From positions 1 to 40,894 of the forward strand of contig JAFOBC010000042.1 in the NCBI GenBank assembly GCA_017382015.1: DNA of 40,894 nt, read 5' to 3'. Numbering within the stretch: position 1 is the stretch's first letter; each line of letters opens with the position of its first letter. Shown here one piece after another: positions 1 through 8,819 of this stretch. This DNA comes from Clostridia bacterium. GTDB taxonomy: Bacteria; Bacillota; Clostridia; Oscillospirales; Acutalibacteraceae. A model generated the notes under the pieces. That model was given only the letters and a program-made list of their open reading frames with translations. It had not been told where the DNA came from and ran no database searches. The translations under genes were made by a program, and so were the position numbers.

Positions 1-528
1 AAATACCGGAGGAACATCCGAAATTGCCTCAACAAAAGCATTTTTGCTCAGGATTTTTTCATTCATACCGTAAACCGCTGAACGGAAGAGAGCCATTGCG
101 CTGTCGCCGTCATCAACAATGCAGTAGAGCTTTGTGTTCTCACCGAGGAGCGCAGTAAGAACAGCAAGATTGATGCTGTCTCTGAAAGCCTTATCGGCGG
201 AAACATTGCCGCCCTGCGCAAAACTGGAATAGCAGATGCCCTTGACGTGCGAATTGATTACGTTGACCACGCTTTCGGTGTACAGACGCTCATCATTCTT
301 TGTGTACGACCTCATCGCAACAACGTAACCGTCTTTTGAAAAATAAGAAACGCTGTCGATTCCCTTTGAAATGTAGCGAGGGTTGGTCGCATATGCGGTT
401 ATTGCAGATATATATGACCCAATCCAATCACGGGTTTGTTTTTCCGGAACAACCTCAATCAGCTTATCGCCGAAATCACAGCCTGTATCCACATCGTGTG
501 TAACAGTAAACCGTACTATATTTTTCAT
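1..528 (-). CDS. hypothetical protein, C-terminus cut by window edge (176 codons visible: MKNIVRFTVTHDVDTGCDFGDKLIEVVPEK...)
   Basis: It is absent from the ORF track because no stop lies inside the window. Reading the reverse complement from the ATG at 526-528 stays open in frame to nt 1. I recognise no family motif. Confidence 0.5.
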   Translation of the reverse strand, partial: MKNIVRFTVTHDVDTGCDFGDKLIEVVPEKQTRDWIGSYISAITAYATNPRYISKGIDSVSYFSKDGYVVAMRSYTKNDERLYTESVVNVINSHVKGICYSSFAQGGNVSADKAFRDSINLAVLTALLGENTKLYCIVDDGDSAMALFRSAVYGMNEKILSKNAFVEAISDVPPVF

Positions 529-575
529 ACCCATTCTACTTTCTTTCTGTTATTCTCTCCGCTGTGCAAAACAGC

Positions 576-1496
576 TTACGGCAATATCACATCTATATCC
601 TGCTCTGAAGTATATGACTCCGGCTGCTTTACTGCTATACCGTACATATCAAGCGCAGGCTTTACGGGCGGCTCTGCCGTACGGGTGTATGCCGAGAAAT
701 ATATGTCACCCTGACCTTCGGGATTCTCCTGCTTGGGTGCATCGGGCTGAGGCCTCTGCACAGGCTCAGTTCTGCGAGGGGGCGTGTAGGAGGCAACCGG
801 AGGTCTGGCAGTCTGAATCTGGGGCTTCGAGCTCTTTTCTGATGACTTTGCATTAAGCACAATATACGCAACCAGAAAACCGATTCCCACAACAATTGCT
901 GCAATTGCCAGAATAAGCCAACCGATACCGCGGGTGTTTTTCGGCGCTTTCTGTTCTGTTTCCTCTTCGGGTTCAGCCTGAACCTCACTGGTAGTTTGCT
1001 CCGCAGGCTGAGTTGTAACCGGGCCGACAGCCACATCGTAAGCGCCGCCGAACAACTCAACATTTGCAAAGGTCATACCCTTGAGCATAAGCATATCTCT
1101 GGTTTTATCATCGCCGTCGCAGGCTGTTATAAGCTTGCCGTTTTTAATTGATACGGTGAAGAAATCGCCGTTTGTAAGAGCGTTGGATTTTCTTGAAGCA
1201 ACGTAATCCGTTTCGCTCATACTCAGAAGCTTGCCGCTGGAATCCATAATAACGAGTCGCGGATCTTTCTGATCCTCTTTGGTTACCCATATTGTGAGGT
1301 TTTCCGTTTTGCCGTTGTAGCTTGCATCAAGGGCGATAACCTTGACGTTGTACGCCTGCTCCTCACTGATAGGCTTATCACCGTTTACGGGTATGCGGTA
1401 CTCAGCCGAGGGAACCTCAGCCGCTCCTGCGCAGAAAGCCGCTGTAAGCACAACCGCAATTACACAAATCAATGCAACAAGTTTACTGTGTTTCAT
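576..1496 (-). CDS. secreted/membrane-anchored protein with C-terminal TM helix and Pro-rich tail
   Basis: 306-aa ORF. The N-terminal signal peptide is MKHSKLVALICVIAVVLTAAFCAGA and a later TM helix is WLILAIAAIVVGIGFLVAYIVL. The tail is rich in P/Q/E. A GGAGG SD sits just upstream of the ATG at 1496. Confidence 0.7.
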   Translation of the reverse strand: MKHSKLVALICVIAVVLTAAFCAGAAEVPSAEYRIPVNGDKPISEEQAYNVKVIALDASYNGKTENLTIWVTKEDQKDPRLVIMDSSGKLLSMSETDYVASRKSNALTNGDFFTVSIKNGKLITACDGDDKTRDMLMLKGMTFANVELFGGAYDVAVGPVTTQPAEQTTSEVQAEPEEETEQKAPKNTRGIGWLILAIAAIVVGIGFLVAYIVLNAKSSEKSSKPQIQTARPPVASYTPPRRTEPVQRPQPDAPKQENPEGQGDIYFSAYTRTAEPPVKPALDMYGIAVKQPESYTSEQDIDVILP

Positions 1497-1670
1497 AGTA
1501 ACCTCCGATTCCGGTCAACATATTTTAAGCTGTATCACCTTTTTACAGCGGTTTTGGCACAGCCGCAAAACGATGCGCTAAAATTAATACAATGCTAAGC
1601 AAATAGTAACACACAAACGGCTAAAAGTCTACAATTTTTGCGCATAAGCTGCCATAATTATGCGTATGCA

Positions 1671-2753
1671 TCAGTTTTTTTCAGCTTTGCCGCACATCGT
1701 TTTGAACATAAGCGCCGACACGATAACGGCACACGCGCCGCTTACCAGCTTGCCTGCGATAACAGCCCAGAGAAAGCGGCTGTCAAACGACATTGTGAAT
1801 GCAAGATGATCGCCGAAAACAAACGAGGCTGAAACGGCAAAAGCCATATTCATCATTCTGCCCTTGGCGTTCATTTTATCCGCCATTTCAATAGTGGGAA
1901 TACTGTTTGCAAGGGAAGAAATCAGACCGAGCACGCTTGTTTCGTCAATGCCGATTTTTTTGCCTGCGGCTGCAAAAATTTTGCTGAATATTTTTGAGAT
2001 AACCTTGATAAGCGGAAACACACCTGCAAGAATTATCGCAACATCCGCAACGATTGAAAAGGCATCCTTAATCGGGCTCATATGGGGAATAAGGGTTTTA
2101 CCCGTAAGGTGGCTGAAAATGCCTGCAGCCAGGCCGACGGTGATTACCGCCACAACAACCGTGCCGATAAAGCCGAAAATTTTTCGGCACAAATCGGGCT
2201 TTACCGCAAGACCGATACAGGTGATAACCGAAACAACAAGCACGGGCAGAAGGTTGAGCATAAGATTGCCGAAGCCTATGCCGAGCATCAGACCCGAAAC
2301 AATACAGCCTACGGGCATTGTTGCAATGCCGCAGAGTATGCCGCTGAGCACCTCCTTGTGGTACTCCTTTTTAATCATCTTAAGTGCAACGGGCACCGTA
2401 AAGCAAACCGTTGCGCCAAGCATCGAGGCAACGACGAGTCCGTTGTAGCCGCCGAGAGTTTCATCACCTGCAAGCGCCTGCGAAATCGCCGCGCCGCCCA
2501 TATCGTTGGCAATAAAGCTGCCGATAAACGACATATCGATGCCCGTAAAAGCCGAAACGGGAGCAAACACAGGCTCAAGCAGCTTTGCAATTGACGGCGC
2601 AATGCAAATCATACCGACCATCGCAAGAGAAAGCGTGCCTGAAGCGACTATTCCTTTTTCAAACTCTTCGCCGATTTTCAGGCGGTTGCCGATGATTCTG
2701 TCAACAGCACCGAGCACGGCAAAAATCGCAAATATCCACTGTAAAACTTCCAT
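1671..2753 (-). CDS. eutH: EutH-family (ethanolamine utilisation protein H-like) membrane permease
   Basis: 360-aa polytopic ORF. Blocks align by eye with E. coli EutH: AVDRI near the N-terminus, LAMVGM, ANDMGG, FTVPVAL, IPVLVV, SLANSIPT and AFAVSASFVFGDHLAFT. Confidence 0.8.
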   Translation of the reverse strand: MEVLQWIFAIFAVLGAVDRIIGNRLKIGEEFEKGIVASGTLSLAMVGMICIAPSIAKLLEPVFAPVSAFTGIDMSFIGSFIANDMGGAAISQALAGDETLGGYNGLVVASMLGATVCFTVPVALKMIKKEYHKEVLSGILCGIATMPVGCIVSGLMLGIGFGNLMLNLLPVLVVSVITCIGLAVKPDLCRKIFGFIGTVVVAVITVGLAAGIFSHLTGKTLIPHMSPIKDAFSIVADVAIILAGVFPLIKVISKIFSKIFAAAGKKIGIDETSVLGLISSLANSIPTIEMADKMNAKGRMMNMAFAVSASFVFGDHLAFTMSFDSRFLWAVIAGKLVSGACAVIVSALMFKTMCGKAEKN

Positions 2754-2769
2754 TTTTTACTCCGGTTTC

Positions 2770-4872
2770 TTACTTTATTCGCACCGTAACTTCAGACGGG
2801 TGCGTTATTATCGGCTCTTTTCCTTCGCTGAGCTGAACGGTTACGTCACCGTAAGGTGTGGGCAACTCAACCTTTGCATAATCAAGACCCATAAGCGAGG
2901 GCGAAAGCGAAATTTCTTCAAAAGCAGGTCTGACCATCTCAAAGCCGATAAGCGCCTTGGGAAGCGACCAGAGCGGAGTACCGCCCCAGGCGTGGCTGTG
3001 GTCAAAGCTGTATGTAGGCTCAGGCGCAATAAAGCCCTCAACAAGACCCTTCGGGCACTCTGCAACAGGCGCTTTCCAACGCTCAATTACCTTGAGCGTA
3101 TATTCATCGCGCATACCGTTGGAGTAAATTGCCTCCAGAAGATAATGAGCAAAATACGGCTGATAATCGCCTGGGCATTCGTCGCTCATAATCTTGCGCA
3201 GTAACTCACGGGCGGTTGCCTTATCGCAAACGCCGACGTAAGCGGCAAGAATGTTTGACTGCTTAAGATAATATCTCTTATCAACGTTTTCAACCATCCA
3301 TTTCCAGTCGCTGAAATCGCCCTCACTCGGTGTGTTGAGGCCTTCAAAATACAAGCCCTTTTCGCTGTCGAAAAGCTGTGAATTTATCGCTGTGCGCAGA
3401 ACTTCTCTCTTTGCAAGGCAATCCTCAGCCATAGCTGATTCGCCAAGAACAGAATAAACCTCCGCGGCAAAGCCGAGAGCACCGAAATAATAAAGATTAA
3501 GGCAGGTCTGTCCGAGAGCTTTTGGCGGATGGTGCATAGAGATGCCGTCGATATAAATCCAATCGACAAACATAAAATCGGGCGGCGTTTCAATCAAGCC
3601 GTTTTCACCGACATAGCCTGCAAAACGGTTGAGCAGCATCACAAGTGCATCCTCACACTCTTCAAGCAGTTTTTTATCGCCCGTAAATTTATAAACGTCA
3701 AGCAGCATCCTCACCCAGATAAGGCTGTACGTTGTGTGGAACATTCTGCCGTGGTTGTTGCGGATGAGCTCTGCGGTGCGGATTACGTCGAACGCGGCAA
3801 GACGCATATCGCCGAATGAAAACGCAGTCATCAGCGTTTCAATATAGTAGTCACCCGTACAGGCAAGCGGCTCGCAATGCTTGGGGCTGTCCAGATGAAG
3901 AGTCTGGCGGCAATATTTAAGCGTGTGCCTGCAGGTGTCGAGCACCTGATTCAGAGCCTCATCACTTGTGAGCGTAACAGCCTCTTTTTCAACGGGATAG
4001 CAGGTTGATATAAATCCTATTTCTATCTCACATTCCTCATCGGAAAGATTGGCAATCTCGGCAAGCAACTCACCTGCGCTGTGCATATAAAAGCCTCTGT
4101 ATTCATCTGCCCCTGCAAAGCGCACAGACTCTTTACTGCCCTGCTCATCTTTCTCACGGCAGATTATTTCAGCCTCGGTTTTTCCGCTGGATTTTGCATA
4201 GACATAGCCTGCATAGATTTTGTCAAGCTCGAGTATAACGTTGCGCTTTTCATCGGGAGAAAGCGTATAGACGCGGCTGTGCTTCTGCTCTGTCATAACA
4301 GGTATCGGCGCTGTTTTTGTGTGCCAGATATTGTCAATCTCCTGCGCAAAATTATACTCATCTGCGGCAAAGAAAGAATCAAATCTGCGGGAGGCAGCAT
4401 AAGCGCCGTTAAGGCGGACAAGCCACGAAGAATCGGTGCAGATTATTTCCTTACTGCCGTCGGCAAAGGTAAGCTCACCGCTGAGCATAAAGCCGCCGCG
4501 ACCCACAGAAAACTCAAAGCCTCTGTCAGGCTTCATCCTCACGCGTGCAAAAAAGCTGAGCTCATCGCAATCCGGCTCAAGCGTTAATTCGGAAGAATAG
4601 AAGTTACTCCTTGCCCTGTCGTTGCTGAGAAAATCGCCACCCGGCGAAACAGCACCCGTTGCGCGGATTTCGCCGTTGATAAACAGCTGAAGCGCCGTAT
4701 CTGCGCTGAATCTCAGGCTGGCTTTTGCAATTTTTTTGCCGAAATTATACTCTTTTTTAAACTCGGCAACAGTAAACAAACCCGATTTCTCTTCGGTCAG
4801 GTCGCTGTAACAGCAAAACTGACGGTCAGGGTATTCACGCTCGGACAACCATATCCATTTTTCACAAAGCAT
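2770..4872 (-). CDS. six-hairpin glycoside hydrolase, GH78 alpha-L-rhamnosidase-like
   Basis: The track ORF is 2770-4899. I prefer the ATG at 4872 (MLCEKWIW...) because AAGGAG lies 10 nt upstream, whereas 4899 has no SD. DSPKHCEPLACTGDYY resembles the DCPxRE..GWTGD block of bacterial rhamnosidases, and HSHAWGGTPLW lies near the C-terminus. It ends 16 nt from eutH. Confidence 0.55.
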   Translation of the reverse strand: MLCEKWIWLSEREYPDRQFCCYSDLTEEKSGLFTVAEFKKEYNFGKKIAKASLRFSADTALQLFINGEIRATGAVSPGGDFLSNDRARSNFYSSELTLEPDCDELSFFARVRMKPDRGFEFSVGRGGFMLSGELTFADGSKEIICTDSSWLVRLNGAYAASRRFDSFFAADEYNFAQEIDNIWHTKTAPIPVMTEQKHSRVYTLSPDEKRNVILELDKIYAGYVYAKSSGKTEAEIICREKDEQGSKESVRFAGADEYRGFYMHSAGELLAEIANLSDEECEIEIGFISTCYPVEKEAVTLTSDEALNQVLDTCRHTLKYCRQTLHLDSPKHCEPLACTGDYYIETLMTAFSFGDMRLAAFDVIRTAELIRNNHGRMFHTTYSLIWVRMLLDVYKFTGDKKLLEECEDALVMLLNRFAGYVGENGLIETPPDFMFVDWIYIDGISMHHPPKALGQTCLNLYYFGALGFAAEVYSVLGESAMAEDCLAKREVLRTAINSQLFDSEKGLYFEGLNTPSEGDFSDWKWMVENVDKRYYLKQSNILAAYVGVCDKATARELLRKIMSDECPGDYQPYFAHYLLEAIYSNGMRDEYTLKVIERWKAPVAECPKGLVEGFIAPEPTYSFDHSHAWGGTPLWSLPKALIGFEMVRPAFEEISLSPSLMGLDYAKVELPTPYGDVTVQLSEGKEPIITHPSEVTVRIK

Positions 4873-4988
4873 AGCTCGTCGCTCCTTTGGTAACTGCATT
4901 CAAATCATACAGAATTTTATAGTTAATAATGCTGATTGCATTTTTATTTACGTTGTGTTACAATTAGTTTACGAACAAAATACGGGGA

Positions 4989-5660
4989 GTGATTACGATT
5001 TACAGCAAGATAAAATCATTTTTGTCCAACGACAGGCACTACAGAAACCTGCACATCGCAACCGTAATCGCATTTGCATTCCTCATTGTCGAAAAGCTAA
5101 TAAGCTCCGTAACCTTTGCCGACAACAGCGGCGAAATTTACTTCAACTTCGCGCTCAGAATCGCTGATATAGTATACCTTGGTATTTACATCGCAGTTAC
5201 ACTGCTACTGCTTGTAAAGGCAAAGTACAAATACGTGTTGATTCCCGATTCCGTGCTATTTGCTATGAAGCTGTATATGCTTCTCGCCTCTGCCGCAACG
5301 CTCATATCATACGAGCGCATCAACCTGCTCTCAGAGCTGAACCTTATTGAGCAGATGACTGAGGGCTTTGCCTTTGCGCTTTTCCTTACCGTATTCTTTT
5401 GCGGCAAGCTGTCGCACAGCAAAAAAGCCAAACGTCTCTGCCCTGTAATCTGCCTCGCAGTGCTCACATTCTGTTTCCCCGCAACGGTAGTGTTCGAGGC
5501 GGTGAAGGTGTTCATTGAAGAGAACGTTTACCATATGTCCCTGCGTATGGAAATACTCTACTTCATAAAAGGTGTTGCAAACGAAATGTTCCTCGACCTG
5601 CCCTATGCCCTGCTTGTGCTGCTCACTTTTTTTGAGCCGGAGCAAACCGCCGAGGTTTAA
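4989..5660 (+). CDS. polytopic membrane protein, unknown function
   Basis: 223-aa ORF with about 6 hydrophobic helices. The start is uncertain because the GTG at 4989 overlaps the GGGGAG SD at 4984-4989. No family is recognised. Confidence 0.5.
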   Translation: MITIYSKIKSFLSNDRHYRNLHIATVIAFAFLIVEKLISSVTFADNSGEIYFNFALRIADIVYLGIYIAVTLLLLVKAKYKYVLIPDSVLFAMKLYMLLASAATLISYERINLLSELNLIEQMTEGFAFALFLTVFFCGKLSHSKKAKRLCPVICLAVLTFCFPATVVFEAVKVFIEENVYHMSLRMEILYFIKGVANEMFLDLPYALLVLLTFFEPEQTAEV

Positions 5661-5795
5661 AACTAAATACGTTTTTAGTCTACCAAAAACAGCAATAATT
5701 TTCAACATCAAACGCGCAAACCGCCCCTGATTTCGGGGCATAAAAACAAAAAAACAGGCAATAAAAATATTTTTTAAAAAATTTTGATTTTTCTA

Positions 5796-5824
5796 TTGAC
5801 TTATACGTTTTTATGTGATATATT
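5796..5824 (+). promoter_or_regulatory. sigma-A-type promoter for the tRNA pair
   Basis: TTGACT (5796-5801), a 17-nt spacer, then TATATT (5819-5824) preceded by TGa (extended -10). An A/T-rich UP-like tract lies upstream. It sits 18 nt before tRNA-Thr. Confidence 0.55.
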
Positions 5825-5841
5825 GTTTTAGCGTTCAGTTC

Positions 5842-5917
5842 GCTGGTGTAGCTCAGTTGGTAGAGCAGCTGATTTGTAATCAGCAGGTCGGGGGTTCGAG
5901 TCCGTCCACCAGCTCCA
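5842..5917 (+). tRNA. tRNA-Thr (anticodon UGU), CCA encoded
   Basis: 76-nt cloverleaf folded by hand. The acceptor stem is GCTGGTG/CACCAGC and the anticodon arm is GCTGA-TTTGTAA-TCAGC. The T-loop is TTCGAGT, with one G.G mismatch in the T stem. It ends in a 3' TCCA. Confidence 0.85.
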
Positions 5918-5943
5918 ACGCTTTTTTATTTAAAAGTGAATAT

Positions 5944-6025
<82 letters not shown>

Positions 6026-6028
<3 letters not shown>

Positions 6029-6075
6029 AATTAAGAATCACACATCCGTGTGGTTCTTAATTTTTTTGCAAAAAA
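6026..6075 (+). repeat. direct repeat DR-A copy 1 (last nt of tRNA-Tyr plus its terminator)
   Basis: The sequence ccaaattaagaatcacacatccgtgtggttcttaatttttttgcaaaaa recurs at 7151-7201 with a single extra T. Confidence 0.9.
6031..6067 (+). terminator. rho-independent terminator of the tRNA operon
   Basis: 13-bp stem ttaagaatcacac/gtgtggttcttaa (one G.U pair), loop atcc, followed by T7. Confidence 0.8.
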
Positions 6076-6204
6076 CGGGGTGGATTCGAAAGCCCGTTAA
6101 GAAAACAGTCCTGTGGACTGTTTTTAGGGCGTGGGACTGATGCACGTTTATTTGACAAAACAGCCGTGCCGGGCGGGGTAACACGTAAACTATACTATCA
6201 ACCA

Positions 6205-6220
6205 CCACCCCTGCCACCCA
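6205..6220 (+). other. relic of a tRNA-Tyr 3' end (T-stem/acceptor fragment)
   Basis: ccacccctgccaccca compares with ccacccctgcccacca at 6013-6028. A T-arm-like ggtggattcgaa lies at 6079-6090. There is no intact cloverleaf. Confidence 0.45.
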
Positions 6221-6252
6221 AAACCGACAAGCACTTGTTTGTCGGTTTTTTA
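6221..6252 (+). terminator. terminator-like hairpin following the tRNA relic
   Basis: 10-bp stem aaaccgacaa/ttgtcggttt followed by a T-run. Confidence 0.5.
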
Positions 6253-6580
6253 TTTGTGTCCGCAGGACACAACATCAGTTTGCAACTTTAGTTGCAAACT
6301 TCATTTCAAATTTATTTGAACTTCATTCCGCTTGCGGACATAAAATGAAGTTGCCTTACGGCAAATGATGTGGCGTTGCCATTGAAGTGCTTACGCAACG
6401 AGGTGTGCCTGACGGCAACGGAGTTACATTTATGACAAACGAGTTTAATTTGTAGGAAAAACGGTGTAATATCAACCAGCAAGGATAGTAACAATCCAAA
6501 CAATACCTTTTATTTTTTCACCTACTTATGTATAATTAAACCAGCAGAAAACTTAATGTAAGAATTTAGAAAGGAAAGAT

Positions 6581-6988
6581 ATGAAAATGAAAATCAGCAT
6601 CGGTGAAAGAATTGCCTACCATAGAAAAATGAATGCAATGACACAGGAGGAACTTGCCGGGAAGTTGAATGTTTCTACTCAAGCCGTTTCAAAATGGGAA
6701 CAAAAACTTTCTTCTCCTGATATTACTCTTTTGCCGGAAATTGCAAGTGTTTTTTCTATTAGTATTGATGAATTATTCGGAAAGAAAGTTGATAGGGAAC
6801 CCGTGTTTAATTTAGTTGATAATGTTCCGTGGGACGATGACAGAAAGATACGAATTGCGGTTTATCATGGCAAAAAACTTATGCAACAATCAGCACATCA
6901 ACTTCAAAAAGGAACAAATAAAATAAATGTTCATTTTGACTATGGTGAAGTTTATAAAATACATGGTGTTTGTAATTTGAATTTATAA
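6581..6988 (+). CDS. XRE-family helix-turn-helix transcriptional regulator
   Basis: 135 aa. The N-terminus IGERIAYHRKMNAMTQEELAGKLNVSTQAVSKWEQKLSSPDITLLPEIASVFSISIDELFG is a textbook HTH_3 (Cro/C1) domain. An AAAGGAAAG SD lies upstream of the ATG. Confidence 0.85.
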   Translation: MKMKISIGERIAYHRKMNAMTQEELAGKLNVSTQAVSKWEQKLSSPDITLLPEIASVFSISIDELFGKKVDREPVFNLVDNVPWDDDRKIRIAVYHGKKLMQQSAHQLQKGTNKINVHFDYGEVYKIHGVCNLNL

Positions 6989-7150
6989 AAATTCTTTCAT
7001 ATTGAACAAAAAGTTATTAAAAATTTGTTAGTAGTACAAAACCCTCGAAGAGATGGTATCAAAATTACAGGAAAAGCAAAACGAGCTTTTACGGCTTATT
7101 GATTTTGCAAAAGACTAATTTTAAGTGAGCATCTAAATTGTTCGCAACAG

Positions 7151-7201
7151 CCAAATTAAGAATCACACATCCGTGTGGTTCTTAATTTTTTTTGCAAAAA
7201 G
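7151..7201 (+). repeat. direct repeat DR-A copy 2 (includes a second copy of the terminator hairpin)
   Basis: It is identical to 6026-6075 apart from T8 in place of T7. It lies 160 nt downstream of the XRE gene. Confidence 0.9.
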
Positions 7202-7293
7202 CGGATGAAAATATTACGCAATATAAAAATCTCGCTCACGACGTTCATTTTTACAAATAGTTTAAAACTTCACCTTGCTGTTACAATGATTTG

Positions 7294-7322
7294 TTGATTT
7301 ATTTCCATTTTATTGTTATAAT
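7294..7322 (+). promoter_or_regulatory. sigma-A-type promoter of the repeat-protein gene
   Basis: TTGATT (7294-7299), a 17-nt spacer, then TGtTATAAT (extended -10, TATAAT at 7317-7322). It lies 82 nt upstream of the ATG, and an AAAGGAG SD is at 7388-7394. Confidence 0.6.
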
Positions 7323-7403
7323 TTGGTTGCTTGATCAAGAGGTGGTGAGTTCACTCGCGCGCCTTTTAATAAAAGTGCAGATTAAGAAAGGAGTTTTCCA
7401 AAA

Positions 7404-8669
7404 ATGAAGTTTTTTTCACTCATCATGTCATTCTTTTTATCCATCTTCGGTGTTGCGCCGCCTGCTCAGTCTGTCGATGCATACACTCAGGCAGAGTGGT
7501 ATACTCTTGTTGCTGAGGAGTTCGACCTCGCATACAGCCTTGAGGATAATGACAACTACGACATCGCTGCAGACGACGAATATTTCGCAGCTGTTCAGGC
7601 TTGCCACGACAACAACGTAATCGTTGGCGAATACGATGCAGATGCATACGTAACCAACGTTCTTGTTGCAAAGTCACTTGCAGTTGCCGTAGGACTCGAG
7701 GGTGTAGAAACCCCCGACGAAGTTGCTCTTGACGTTGCTGTTGATGCAGGCTTTGTTAAGGTTTCTGTAAACCTTTTCGGTAAGGCTAAAGAGGTTGTAA
7801 TTACAAAGGCAGAGGCTGATGCAGCCCTTGAAGCAGCCAGCGTTGTATACCTCAACAAAATACAGGCATACACACAGGCTGAGTGGTACGCACTTGTTGC
7901 AAAAGAGTTTGACCTTGCATACGACCTTGAAGACGAAGACAACTACGACATCGCTGCAGACGACGAATATTTCGCAGCTGTTCAGGCTTGCTATGACAAC
8001 AACGTAATTGTTGATGAGTATGTCGCAGATGCACAGATAACCAACATTCTTGTTGCAAAGTCACTTATCGTTGCAGTAGGCCTCAAACTCCCCGGAGTTT
8101 CCGATGAAGTTGCCGTTAACGTTGCTGTTAATGCAGGCTTTGTCGACGCTTCTGTAAATATCAACGGTGAGGTTGAAGAAGTTGTAATGCCCAAGGCTGA
8201 GGCTAACGCAGCTCTTAAAGCAGCAGGCCTTGTATACCTCAACACAAAGGTACCGACTGCACAGCCTTCTTACGTATACACACAGGCTGAGTGGTACGCG
8301 CTTGTTGCAAAAGAGTTTGACCTTGCATACGACCTCAATGACAACGATAACTACGACATCGCTGCAGACGACGAATATTTCGCAGCTGTTCAGGCTTGCC
8401 ACGATAACAACGTAATCGTTGGCGAATACAATGCAGATGCATATGTAACCAACGTTCTTGTTGCAAAGTCACTTGCAGTTGCTGCAGGTCTTGAAGGCGC
8501 AGAAATTCCCGACGAAGGCGCTCTTGACGTTGCTGTTGATGCAGGCTTTGTTAAAATCTCCTTCACCATTTTCGGTAAAGTTAAAGAGGTTTTGATTACA
8601 AAGGCAGAAGCTAACGTTGCTCTTAAGGCAGCAGGCCTTGTATACCTTAACAACAACAGCCTTATCTGA
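7404..8669 (+). CDS. secreted protein made of three ~130-aa tandem domains (unknown family)
   Basis: 421 aa. The signal peptide is MKFFSLIMSFFLSIFGVAPPAQSVDA. Each repeat opens with YTQAEWY(A/T)LVA(K/E)EFDLAY...DNYDIAADDEYFAAVQAC(H/Y)DNNVIV. It has a strong SD and promoter and is followed by a terminator. Confidence 0.8.
   Translation: MKFFSLIMSFFLSIFGVAPPAQSVDAYTQAEWYTLVAEEFDLAYSLEDNDNYDIAADDEYFAAVQACHDNNVIVGEYDADAYVTNVLVAKSLAVAVGLEGVETPDEVALDVAVDAGFVKVSVNLFGKAKEVVITKAEADAALEAASVVYLNKIQAYTQAEWYALVAKEFDLAYDLEDEDNYDIAADDEYFAAVQACYDNNVIVDEYVADAQITNILVAKSLIVAVGLKLPGVSDEVAVNVAVNAGFVDASVNINGEVEEVVMPKAEANAALKAAGLVYLNTKVPTAQPSYVYTQAEWYALVAKEFDLAYDLNDNDNYDIAADDEYFAAVQACHDNNVIVGEYNADAYVTNVLVAKSLAVAAGLEGAEIPDEGALDVAVDAGFVKISFTIFGKVKEVLITKAEANVALKAAGLVYLNNNSLI
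7482..8666 (+). repeat. three in-frame tandem coding repeats (7482-7868, 7869-8276, 8277-8666)
   Basis: Boundaries were read from the recurring TAC ACx CAG GCx GAG TGG TA (YTQAEWY) codons. Copies 1 and 3 resemble each other more closely than either resembles copy 2. Confidence 0.85.
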
Positions 8670-8684
8670 AACCGACGTTTCAGA

Positions 8685-8711
8685 TAATCCGTTATAATCA
8701 TTCACACCAGA
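8685..8711 (+). repeat. direct repeat DR-B copy 1
   Basis: taatccgttataatcattcacaccaga recurs at 12486-12512 with one C/T difference. Both copies are followed by a similar aaacaga... terminator hairpin. Confidence 0.8.
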
Positions 8712-8742
8712 AACAGACAAGCAATAGCTTGTCTGTTTTTTT
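8711..8742 (+). terminator. rho-independent terminator of the repeat-protein gene
   Basis: 12-bp stem aaacagacaagc/gcttgtctgttt, loop aata, then a T-run. Confidence 0.75.
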
Positions 8743-8782
8743 ATGCATTTTTATGCATTAATGAATTATACTATCAAAACAT

Positions 8783-8816
8783 AAAAAAGACTCTGAATTT
8801 TTTCAGAGTCTTTTTT
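8783..8816. terminator. bidirectional terminator between convergent genes
   Basis: aaaaaagactctgaa-tttt-ttcagagtctttttt has an A-run and a T-run flanking a 10-bp stem. It lies 4 nt from the GH3 stop. Confidence 0.75.
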
Positions 8817-8819
8817 GAA

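Noticed and set aside
300-1069. Plus-strand ORFs 300-503, 383-856 and 436-714, and minus-strand ORF 662-1069
   Set aside because: They overlap the open minus-strand frame 1-528 and the signal-peptide CDS 576-1496. They have odd composition (Arg/Ser/Cys-rich) and no SDs.
1864-4587. Plus-strand ORFs antisense to eutH and the GH78-like gene (for example 1864-2448, 2082-2594, 2506-3204 and 4081-4587)
   Set aside because: They are antisense shadows of long, motif-supported minus-strand genes.
6312-6503. 63-aa minus-strand ORF in the hairpin-rich region
   Set aside because: It has no ribosome-binding site and sits across palindromes. It is more likely non-coding.
7423-8720. Eight alternative-frame or antisense ORFs (60-115 aa) inside the triple-repeat gene
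   Set aside because: They recur only because the underlying DNA is repeated. They have no SDs and are fully overlapped by a well-supported signal-peptide CDS.
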